This document shows, in pieces, positions 19,645-27,828 of a stretch of 64,000 bases of DNA. The notes below the pieces were generated by a model. That model made no database searches. It saw only the letters and a list, made by a program, of their open reading frames with translations, and was not told the DNA's origin. The stretch lies in the IMG/VR virus record IMGVR_UViG_3300020469_000008, positions 32,001 to 96,000 of that record; one strand, 5' to 3'. The position numbers and the translations under genes were made by a program. This DNA is from a virus. Lineage: Duplodnaviria > Caudoviricetes. The number at the start of each line of letters is the position of its first letter. Position 1 is the first letter of the stretch.

Positions 19645-20061
19645 ATGAAGTTAGTTTTTGCTTTGTTTTGTTTAGTCGCAGGACATCTATTAGCGTGGTT
19701 GCAATTAAACGGTCCAATCTTCAATGACTGGTGGAAAGATAACATTTGGATAAGTGCACTATGTATTTCTCCAATGATTTTCTTTTTTAGCATGACATAC
19801 TGGAGTATCACTTACGAGTGGTTGCAAGCTGTGTGGTCAGTTAAATTTATCGCTTATGGCGTAAATATTGTAGTTTTTTCAATTTGTGCCTACTATTTTC
19901 TTGGTGAATCGTTATTTACTATTAGAAACGTTGTTAGTATCATATTTGCAACGTTAATGATTTTATCACAAGCATATTTACCAAAGACGAGTATATTCGG
20001 TGCCGGACAAGAAACCCCAGAGAATGTCGCTGTTAGCGATGGTGTTGATCATTCTGATTAG
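19645..20061 (+). CDS. four-helix integral membrane protein (DMT/SMR-like size and topology)
   Basis: About four hydrophobic segments; YYFLGESLFTIRNVVSIIFA resembles DMT C-termini; GGAG RBS. Confidence 0.6.
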   Translation: MKLVFALFCLVAGHLLAWLQLNGPIFNDWWKDNIWISALCISPMIFFFSMTYWSITYEWLQAVWSVKFIAYGVNIVVFSICAYYFLGESLFTIRNVVSIIFATLMILSQAYLPKTSIFGAGQETPENVAVSDGVDHSD

Positions 20062-20166
20062 CATTTGGTTAACTTATGAGTTTGTAAGGTATGATGTTCA
20101 ATGTTTCTTGAGAAAATACAAAATAAATAAGATAATTAGTAGTGTCTATAATAAAGGAGTAGAACT

Positions 20167-20463
20167 ATGTCATCAATTAATAGAGATAAAATCAGAAAAT
20201 TAATTTTAAAAGAGTTTAAAATGATGGGAATGGCTGATATGGGCCACGGCGGGATGAAGCCAATGGGAATGGTGCACACTGTTGATCACGGCCATGAAGC
20301 TAGTCACGGTCATTCTGTGATGAAATCAGCTAAAAGTTGTGTATCGCGCGAAGATTGCTGTGCTGCAATTATGTGTTTGGTTGAATGTTGCGAATGCCCA
20401 ATCACAAAGCAAGTAATTATGGAATGCTGCCAAGAAATCATGTCTGGTCAACACGATCATTAA
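20167..20463 (+). CDS. leader-bearing Met/His/Cys-rich protein
   Basis: MSSINRDKIRKLILKE; His-rich linker; DCCAAIMCLVECCECP...ECCQE. Confidence 0.7.
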   Translation: MSSINRDKIRKLILKEFKMMGMADMGHGGMKPMGMVHTVDHGHEASHGHSVMKSAKSCVSREDCCAAIMCLVECCECPITKQVIMECCQEIMSGQHDH

Positions 20464-21839
20464 TGAAAATTACTCGACGCCAGCTCCAAATGTTAATACA
20501 GGAGGAGATACGACAGGTGAAACCGGGTTGTTATAAAGTATACCCGAAGAAACCAAAGCGTGGCAAGAAGCGTCGTAAAGCATTATCTAAAAAGTGCAAG
20601 ACTAAGAAAGCAGCAAAGAAGCATTTGGCAGCTATTGAAATTAGTAAATCGATGCGTGAGGATGACAATCCTTGTTGGGATGGTCACAGGCCAGGTGCTC
20701 AAACCGGACAAAAAACAAAAATCGGAAAGAGTGGAAATCGCGTTGCAAATTGTGAAAAGATAAAAGAATCAATTCTTTTAGAGTCCAAATATGAACAACT
20801 CATATCACAATTACCTGGGTTGTCGTTAGTTGTTACTGAAGATATGCCGCGCGGGTTTGCATTAGATTTGCAATACGATGATTACATGATCGCATCTGCA
20901 GAGATAGTAGCTCTTTCTGTAAACCCAGGTGAACCATGTATTCCTGAGACAATGTCAGTTAGTACTATTTATACCTCGCCAGATTATCAGAATTTAGGGA
21001 TTGGTGAACTTTTACTTGATCTGATATTCTACTATGCTAGCACGTTAGACGGAGGAAAAGGACGAGGTATAACAACAGATTTGCGAGGTGGTAACACACC
21101 AATTATTAATTACATAATTCAAAGAGCATTACAAGATCCTGCATACTACAAGCAGACCACCAAAGCCGGTAATGACGAGATGGACTTTTTTGAAAAAACT
21201 AGCGACCCGGATGATGATTGCTACTCCGAATTCCTTGACGGTAAAGGTATATACTGGTTTATTAGTCAAGGTATGTCCGAAGAAGAAGCATTCGAAAAAG
21301 TTGAAATGACAGATGGAGATTTAGGCACGACTAGCTCTTGGCGAAAGAGAGGTATTGAATCTATAAAGCCTATATATGACATGCTCACACAAAGACAGGG
21401 TGCTGATGTACTTTATAGACCAGTCATTAGAAGTCGACAGTTCCAAGATGCTTATCGTAATACACCTACTCCTGAAGAAATACGTTCATTTCAAAGAGGT
21501 AAGAAACTAAAAGAACGCAAAGAACCAAGAAAAGGCACCGGTAAAAAACCAAAAGGTAGTACTAGGCGATTATATACCGATGAGAATCCCAAGGATACTG
21601 TCTCTGTTAAGTTTCGAACTAAGTCTGATATACAGGACACTTTATCAAAAAAAAGCTTTAAGAGTAAAGAACATAAGCGGCAGTCGCAGATAATTAATCT
21701 CATACATCAGCGCGTTCGTGTTGCTTACAAAAATGCAAAAGATCCTGCAACGAAAAAACGCTTAAAGCTTGCGTATGATTATGCTAAACAGAGAAAAGAA
21801 GCCAGTAAGCTTAAAACAAAAAAAATGAGGAAGAAATGA
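20463..21839 (+). CDS. leader-bearing multi-module protein with a GNAT-like domain
   Basis: TAATG coupling at 20463; MKITRRQLQMLIQEE; GNAT motif A-like IYTSPDYQNLGIGELLLDLIF; basic modules on both sides. Confidence 0.65.
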   Translation: MKITRRQLQMLIQEEIRQVKPGCYKVYPKKPKRGKKRRKALSKKCKTKKAAKKHLAAIEISKSMREDDNPCWDGHRPGAQTGQKTKIGKSGNRVANCEKIKESILLESKYEQLISQLPGLSLVVTEDMPRGFALDLQYDDYMIASAEIVALSVNPGEPCIPETMSVSTIYTSPDYQNLGIGELLLDLIFYYASTLDGGKGRGITTDLRGGNTPIINYIIQRALQDPAYYKQTTKAGNDEMDFFEKTSDPDDDCYSEFLDGKGIYWFISQGMSEEEAFEKVEMTDGDLGTTSSWRKRGIESIKPIYDMLTQRQGADVLYRPVIRSRQFQDAYRNTPTPEEIRSFQRGKKLKERKEPRKGTGKKPKGSTRRLYTDENPKDTVSVKFRTKSDIQDTLSKKSFKSKEHKRQSQIINLIHQRVRVAYKNAKDPATKKRLKLAYDYAKQRKEASKLKTKKMRKK

Positions 21840-22342
21840 AAATATCAAAAAAATACCTGAGAAGATTGATAAAAGAATCGATTAACGAGTCCAACTTACC
21901 TCCGGGAACAAGCCAATCAGATATCGATGATTATTATTATGATGGCGATGATGAGACTAGACAGACAGGATTATCAATTGAAATGGCTTTTTATGATCCT
22001 TCTCATCCTCTTTTCAGAGGCTCACCGACAGGTATGTACGGCGATATTGAATTTTCTGATTACGGTGCTGACAGTGCTGATGAGCTATCTGAAGAGCAAT
22101 ATCGAAAAATAGAAGCTGACGTTATGGCTATCGTAAATCATCCAGCATCTAGACTTGAAGCCAACGAAATATATGAAGCTTCGCAGGAATTTATCGATGC
22201 AATGCAAGGAAACAGTAGTAATACAGGCACGTACTTTTATCCTGTGTTCGAAGAGGATGATAGTTACGATGGCCCTGATGATTTTGATTATGATCCTTAT
22301 GAAACTGCAGGTAATTTTGGACCAGATATGTTTTCAAGGTAA
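21836..22342 (+). CDS. leader-bearing very acidic protein
   Basis: MKISKKYLRRLIKES; Asp/Tyr-rich body; ATGA overlap. Confidence 0.7.
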   Translation: MKISKKYLRRLIKESINESNLPPGTSQSDIDDYYYDGDDETRQTGLSIEMAFYDPSHPLFRGSPTGMYGDIEFSDYGADSADELSEEQYRKIEADVMAIVNHPASRLEANEIYEASQEFIDAMQGNSSNTGTYFYPVFEEDDSYDGPDDFDYDPYETAGNFGPDMFSR

Positions 22343-22351
22343 GCTTAAAAT

Positions 22352-23152
22352 ATGAAAGTTACACGACGTAAACTTAAAATGATTATTGAGTCTTTCCTTC
22401 ATGAAGAAAAGGAAAAACTTGAGAAAGATCACGGCAAAAAATATGTTTGCCCAAGCTGTGGTCATGTTCATGATTCTAAAGAAGATATTAATGCCCTCTG
22501 GTCAGGAAAAAAGTGTGTAAAGTGCGGTACAAAATTTGACCTAAAGACCGGTAAAGTTCCATCAGGTAAAGGCAAGGGGCAAAAGTGGGGAATTCATGCT
22601 AATACTAAAAGTGAGTCAAAATTAAGAATGCTTCGCGAAAAAAGACATCGTAGAAAAAGAAAACTAAGAGAAACTGCGAAAGAAACTGAATGTCCTACAG
22701 CGACAACAGACATTAGTGTTAACACAGCTAATCGCGACCGAGCTCGCAAACTTGACTGGATTATATACGGCCCTTTAAATGTAGAATTTCCGGGAAAGTA
22801 TTGGGAAAAGATATCAAAAAAGTGGGGAACAGACGTTGAAGCAGCAAAGAAGTCAAACTGTGGTGTTTGTGTTGCTTTTGATCGATCCCCGAAGATGGTT
22901 GATGAGTGCATACCTGCAATAACGTCTGAACCTGTTGCAGATGAGTTCGGTGTTTTAGGGTATTGCTGGATGCACCACTTTAAGTGTCACAGTGCAAGAA
23001 CATGTAACACTTGGGCAGCTGGTGGTCCGATTAAGACTGATGAAGCGTCAGGCGAATGGTTTGAACGTAATAAAGACGGTGCGTTAAAGAAAGATCCAAT
23101 CGATCCTAATATTTATAGGGACGATACTAATACTTCACAGGAGACAGAATGA
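22352..23152 (+). CDS. leader-bearing Cys-rich (zinc-binding) protein
   Basis: MKVTRRKLKMIIES; CPSC...CVKC ribbon; second domain CPTAT...YGP...NCGVCVAFD...GYCWMHHFKCHSARTC. Confidence 0.7.
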   Translation: MKVTRRKLKMIIESFLHEEKEKLEKDHGKKYVCPSCGHVHDSKEDINALWSGKKCVKCGTKFDLKTGKVPSGKGKGQKWGIHANTKSESKLRMLREKRHRRKRKLRETAKETECPTATTDISVNTANRDRARKLDWIIYGPLNVEFPGKYWEKISKKWGTDVEAAKKSNCGVCVAFDRSPKMVDECIPAITSEPVADEFGVLGYCWMHHFKCHSARTCNTWAAGGPIKTDEASGEWFERNKDGALKKDPIDPNIYRDDTNTSQETE

Positions 23153-24237
23153 AAATATCAAGAAGAAGAATTAGACAACTTATAAGAGAATCCCGCGAAG
23201 AACATATCCAGGGAATTAGAAGTAAACTAGTTAGATTAAATGACGAATTAGAAAACAGACAAGAGGCACTTGATGATTTAAACTATCAATCACAAAGTAT
23301 GATGGATTTTTATTCAGATGACCCATATGCTGGTAGAGATGAGATGATGGCCGGTGACCCGATTAGAGATCAAATATATGACATCGAAAACAAGATAACA
23401 TTGTTGCAAAATCAACTAGATGCTTTAGAAGCTGCTAATGGTGGCCCGGTAGGTCAACTACCAAGGGGTAGAATATTCGAAGAAGTTTCTGATCTGACTG
23501 ATGAAAAACAAAAAGAAATAGATGACGCAGTTGCTGATTATTTAGCCAAAGAAGGCGGAGCAGCATCTGAAGAGGGAACCGAAGATATTGTTCGTGACAA
23601 GGTTGATGGCATTGATGCAAAATCGTATCTTTCAAACAATGAAAGATTTAAGCAGCTAACAGTAAATAACGACCCAATGGACTATTATGATACAACTTTA
23701 ACTGAAGCTAGAGTCTTTATTAGAGAGAAATTAGAAAAAATTGGTTTTTACAAGAAGTACGGTTACGGATTAGATGATATACCAAACAAAACAAAAGCGC
23801 ATGACGATATCATAGGGCACACGTGACTGACCCACGTTAAGCGGAAGGATTCTGCTTTAAATGAAGTTGGTGAAGTTTTATGGCACAGCCTTGATGAAAG
23901 TGGTCACATATCTGTTTATGACGTCGAATGGTCAGACGGTACAATTGAAAGAGATATCCCAGCAATTTTATTAGAAAAAGTTAAAGATAGTAATGCTGTC
24001 GACGAGGTTCACGAGGCACACGGTGTAGACGGACATAGACTAGATTCTGCTATCGATGAGAGAAAGTACAAGAAAAAGAAAAAAACAAAGAAACGTAAAA
24101 AGAAAAAGCATAGTTTGTACCCATATGTGTTTGGGTTTGGCTATCACCACGATGCTGAAAATTATGATTATGATATCGGTGGTGATTATGGAGATTTTGG
24201 AGGCGGCTTCGGTGACGGAGGCGGTGGTGGAGAATGA
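23149..24237 (+). CDS. leader-bearing protein with in-frame TGA at 23824-23826; candidate selenoprotein (362 codons if read through)
   Basis: After the TGA the same frame stays open for 136 codons (LTHVKRKDSALNEVGEVLWHSLDESGHISVYDVEWSDGTIERDIP...GGGGGE) and ends in an ATGA overlap with ORF 24234; hairpin directly after the TGA. Confidence 0.65.
23837..23860 (+). promoter_or_regulatory. bacterial SECIS-like hairpin
   Basis: TTAAGCGGAA-GGA-TTCTGC(T)TTAA: 10 pairs, one bulged U, G-first apical loop; starts 10 nt after the in-frame UGA, loop 20 nt from the UGA. Confidence 0.55.
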
Positions 24238-24641
24238 AAATAGATAAAGATAGATTACGTAGAATTATAAGTGAAAGTATTGATGAAAATATGGGCACTG
24301 CGATGAAAATTAAAACAGATTTACTTTCAACTTATGATCGTTCGTATGTTTCACAAGCATATGAGCTGTGTGATGCATTAGGACTTGATTTTGCACAAAT
24401 GGTGAGAGAAATGTTAAGTCAAAAGATTGATAGTATAGATTTTCAGAATCACGTTCATGAATGGGTTAACGAGTTACTAGCAATTTTTCATACTGGTAAG
24501 GAAAACGACTTTTACATTGAAGATGAAAAATTCGAATCAGATGTTCAAATGGATTTTGCATTTAAAACTATCGCTGATATAACTAAAAATCTTGAAGATT
24601 ATTATGTCAATTTATTTGTAGCGATAGGTCAAGGTCGATAA
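24234..24641 (+). CDS. leader-bearing hypothetical protein
   Basis: MKIDKDRLRRIISES; GGTGGAG RBS lies inside the readthrough frame. Confidence 0.7.
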   Translation: MKIDKDRLRRIISESIDENMGTAMKIKTDLLSTYDRSYVSQAYELCDALGLDFAQMVREMLSQKIDSIDFQNHVHEWVNELLAIFHTGKENDFYIEDEKFESDVQMDFAFKTIADITKNLEDYYVNLFVAIGQGR

Positions 24642-24743
24642 AATAAACTAGAAAACTAGTTTTAAAGAAGATATATGTAATTGGTCCGTAAAGTTGTAGT
24701 TGAGTTAGCCTATATATTAATAGATACATAACGAGGTAATGAC

Positions 24744-25895
24744 GTGGCTATATTTGCGAACACAATATCCCCAACACCATTTGGCATATACGATAATGAG
24801 AACGATTTTCAGACTGATGCTAACAATATGGTCACATTTGTTAAGAGAAAACTAGGTGATGATGTTTTATCAGTTGAGCTAACAAAGAAGCAGATATGGG
24901 GTAACTTTGAGGAAGCAACACTAGAATATAGTGCAATTTTAAATCAGTACCAAGCAAAATCCCAGCTAGTCAATTTTTTAGGATTTGCCACTGGCAGTAT
25001 TATGAGTGGCAGCGAAGAAAAATATATTCGTGAAAACTTAGAATTTTTAAATCGATTCGCTGAACCCTATGCGATGGAAGCAGGTATCGGGGGCTCCTAT
25101 AACTCCTTATCCGGATCGATTCAACTTGAAGTTGGTCGTCAAGATTATAATCTATATACAGAGTTAAGTGGTGCAAACGGCGGTCTTTTTGATAATACAA
25201 AAGGGAAACTAAAGATTGATGAAGTTTTCCATTACAACCCCCAGGCAGCTTATAGATTTTTTGATACGACATCAGCGATAAACTATTTAAATAATGAGTT
25301 TAGTTTTGAATCATTTACACCTGAGACTGTTTTTTATATTTTGCCTGTCTATGAAGACTTGTTAAGAGGCGGCCAACTGGACCTTTCAAATCGTGTAAGG
25401 CGATCTAATTTTTCATACAAAATTATGGGTACAAATTTTAGAGTATTTCCGATACCTACGAGTGGAAAAAAACTATTCTTTAGAATAAGACAATATCCAG
25501 ACCCAACACAACCTTCTTACCGTGATGATACAATTCATGGCGTTTCAAACATGAATAATCTACCTTTTGGTAATGTGCAATACAACCGTATCAACAGTAT
25601 AGGTCGACAGTGGATCAGAAGTTACACTCTAGCTATTTCAATGGAACAACTAGGTTATATTAGGGGTAAGTTTGGAAGTATTCCTGTGCCTAATTCTGAT
25701 GTTACTTTAAATAGTTCTGACTTAATTAGTAACGGTAGAACAGATCGCGATGCGCTCAAAGAAAAGTTGAGAGAATTATTAGATTCTATGACTTACGACA
25801 AATTGATGGAGATACAATCGACAAGAGCTGAGCAGATTCAAAAACAATTAAAATATGTACCGGTACCAAACGGTAAAGCAATCTTTCTAGGATAA
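24744..25895 (+). CDS. neck/head-completion protein (T4 gp13-like)
   Basis: GTG start after GAGG; RKLGDDVLSVELTKKQI...EEA; first gene of the neck-tail cluster. Confidence 0.6.
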   Translation: MAIFANTISPTPFGIYDNENDFQTDANNMVTFVKRKLGDDVLSVELTKKQIWGNFEEATLEYSAILNQYQAKSQLVNFLGFATGSIMSGSEEKYIRENLEFLNRFAEPYAMEAGIGGSYNSLSGSIQLEVGRQDYNLYTELSGANGGLFDNTKGKLKIDEVFHYNPQAAYRFFDTTSAINYLNNEFSFESFTPETVFYILPVYEDLLRGGQLDLSNRVRRSNFSYKIMGTNFRVFPIPTSGKKLFFRIRQYPDPTQPSYRDDTIHGVSNMNNLPFGNVQYNRINSIGRQWIRSYTLAISMEQLGYIRGKFGSIPVPNSDVTLNSSDLISNGRTDRDALKEKLRELLDSMTYDKLMEIQSTRAEQIQKQLKYVPVPNGKAIFLG

Positions 25896-25899
25896 TACA

Positions 25900-26562
25900 A
25901 TGGCTCGATTATTTATAACACCCAGAGAAATGAACTTTATTAATGACATTGCAAAAGAAGTTATTAAAGATGTTGTGGGTCAAAAAATCTATCTTTTTCA
26001 AATATCTGAAGTTAAATCAAAAGTACATGATGTATATGAGGAAAGCCCAGATAAAGTTTTTGAATCACCAATTGAACTTGATTGCTTAGTAAAATACAAT
26101 GCACAAGAAATTAAAACTGATAGGTTTGGATCCGAAGAATACTATACAATTGAAGCTTATATTCAATCACGTGATTTGCTTGATAAGGGGATAGAAATAC
26201 TCGAAGGTGATTTCTTTTCTTACGGTAGTACATTCTTTGAAATTATTAAAGCACCTTTAACACAAACGATATTTGGTCAAATAGAACATAAAAGATTTAT
26301 AACGATATCCGGAAGACAATCCAGGAAAGAACAGTTTCTGTCTAAAGTATTTGGGCCAACGTCAGAAGAATATTTAGACAGTGATGCTGTTCAAGATACA
26401 TTTGTTCAACAGCGAGGATTTTCAGAAAACAAGCTTGGAAAAACAGGCGATGTAAGAGACTTGCAAAAGAACGGTGTGCTTGACTCACCGATAACCGGTC
26501 CAAAAGAAGTGTCTTCTAAGGGTGATACTACAGATGCAGGATCTTCTTTTTATGACGAGTAA
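25900..26562 (+). CDS. neck/head-closure protein (T4 gp14-like)
   Basis: VVGQKIYLF, ESPIELDCLVKY, EGDFFSYG; synteny between neck and tail-completion genes. Confidence 0.55.
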   Translation: MARLFITPREMNFINDIAKEVIKDVVGQKIYLFQISEVKSKVHDVYEESPDKVFESPIELDCLVKYNAQEIKTDRFGSEEYYTIEAYIQSRDLLDKGIEILEGDFFSYGSTFFEIIKAPLTQTIFGQIEHKRFITISGRQSRKEQFLSKVFGPTSEEYLDSDAVQDTFVQQRGFSENKLGKTGDVRDLQKNGVLDSPITGPKEVSSKGDTTDAGSSFYDE

Positions 26563-26565
26563 AAT

Positions 26566-27768
26566 ATGAGTAAAAAACAAATAGACCCTAAGCGAGTTAT
26601 TATAAAAGATTTTGATGGTAACAATGTACCTGAAGATTTTGATTTTCCATCAATTGGTATAGAAAATATTGATAGAGCTGTCTTTGACTTGTTTAACGAT
26701 GTACTTAGATTTCAGGTGACTAGTAAAGGCGTTGCAAAAAATGTACCAGTTATATTTGCTACTGGTGAAAGATTTGCACTCACTAGAAGAAAAAACCCAA
26801 TTAGAGACCGAAATAATACAAATATTTTACCCTTGATATCAATTGTTCGTGAAAATATTGACATTGGTGCAAGTCAAGGTGGAAAAGGTACAGCAATATC
26901 GTTTAGAGCACAACCAAATTATGTTGTTAAAAAGAAGCTTTCATCAAAAGATCGACAGTTTCAGAACTTATTAAACAAACAAGGTTTAAAAAATCAAGAT
27001 AATGTGGCAACAAACCAAAATTTTGTTGATACTGGTAACTCATTAATAGCACAACCTGGAAAGAAAGCAACAAGGCGCGAGAAAAATAATCTTAGTTTTT
27101 CTAAAGGTGCACAAATTAATTTAAAACCAGAAATTAACACGAACATATATGAAATCATACAAGTACCTTATCCTTACTTTGTAGCATTAAGTTATAATAT
27201 TACATTTTGGTGCCAATATATGCAACAAGGCAATCAGATGATTGAATATTTGTTAAATAAAATAGATGTGCCAGGCGGCGAATTTGCAATGCAAACAAAA
27301 GAAGGGTTTGAATTGGTCGCTTTTATTGGTGATAATATAACATTTAATAATAATTTTGACAGCATGTCTGACGATGAAAGAATTATTAAATACAACTTTT
27401 CATTAACAGTCCCGGGCTATATCTTAAATTCAAAACTTCCGGGATTGGCAAATCAAATGAGAAGTTACACGTCTGCACCAATGATCGATTTTTCATACAA
27501 CAGTGTAAATGCAAAGGTTTCATTAGATTTTCAACCAGACTCTGAACAACAAGAATTAGAAAAACATGTTTTATCTGACGTCACAAATAAAGAAGAAAGT
27601 GAATTAAGACGTGGTGAAAGCAACGAAACAATAGAAGCTTTTGTTACTAACCCTTTTTCTAATGAAGATGACACAGAATTTTTAAGAATAACTAATTCTA
27701 ACAAACGTACAGGTGAAACTGTTGTTTCAGCAAGAATTATAAAGGAAATTGATCGTCAATACGAATAA
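26566..27768 (+). CDS. tail completion/sheath terminator (T4 gp15-like)
   Basis: VPVIFATGERF, LPLISIVR, PYPYFVALSYNITFWC; directly precedes the sheath. Confidence 0.55.
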   Translation: MSKKQIDPKRVIIKDFDGNNVPEDFDFPSIGIENIDRAVFDLFNDVLRFQVTSKGVAKNVPVIFATGERFALTRRKNPIRDRNNTNILPLISIVRENIDIGASQGGKGTAISFRAQPNYVVKKKLSSKDRQFQNLLNKQGLKNQDNVATNQNFVDTGNSLIAQPGKKATRREKNNLSFSKGAQINLKPEINTNIYEIIQVPYPYFVALSYNITFWCQYMQQGNQMIEYLLNKIDVPGGEFAMQTKEGFELVAFIGDNITFNNNFDSMSDDERIIKYNFSLTVPGYILNSKLPGLANQMRSYTSAPMIDFSYNSVNAKVSLDFQPDSEQQELEKHVLSDVTNKEESELRRGESNETIEAFVTNPFSNEDDTEFLRITNSNKRTGETVVSARIIKEIDRQYE

Positions 27769-27797
27769 TTAAAATAGGATATTACAAGTACAAATGA

Positions 27798-27804
27798 ATA
27801 CTTA
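27798..27804 (+). promoter_or_regulatory. candidate late promoter core ATACTTA (tail sheath 1)
   Basis: ATANTTA 31 nt upstream of ATG 27829. Confidence 0.45.
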
Positions 27805-27828
27805 TATTGGTAAGTTTAGGAGAGATTA

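Noticed and set aside
15863-20462. Upstream-extended starts in the track (15863, 16301, 18143, 18458, 20385; also 9826, 34576, 52041)
   Set aside because: Downstream ATGs have proper SD sequences and start at the shared leader or the paralog-aligned Met.
24056-24247. Track ORF MRESTRKRKK... (63 aa) and minus-strand ORF 24050..24298
   Set aside because: Alternative frames of the poly-Lys/Gly tail of the readthrough gene; no RBS; the in-frame continuation explains the DNA better.
24646-24663. AAACTAG-AAAA-CTAGTTT hairpin after the cargo array
   Set aside because: A/T-rich, weak stem with a short T-run; possible terminator but not supportable.
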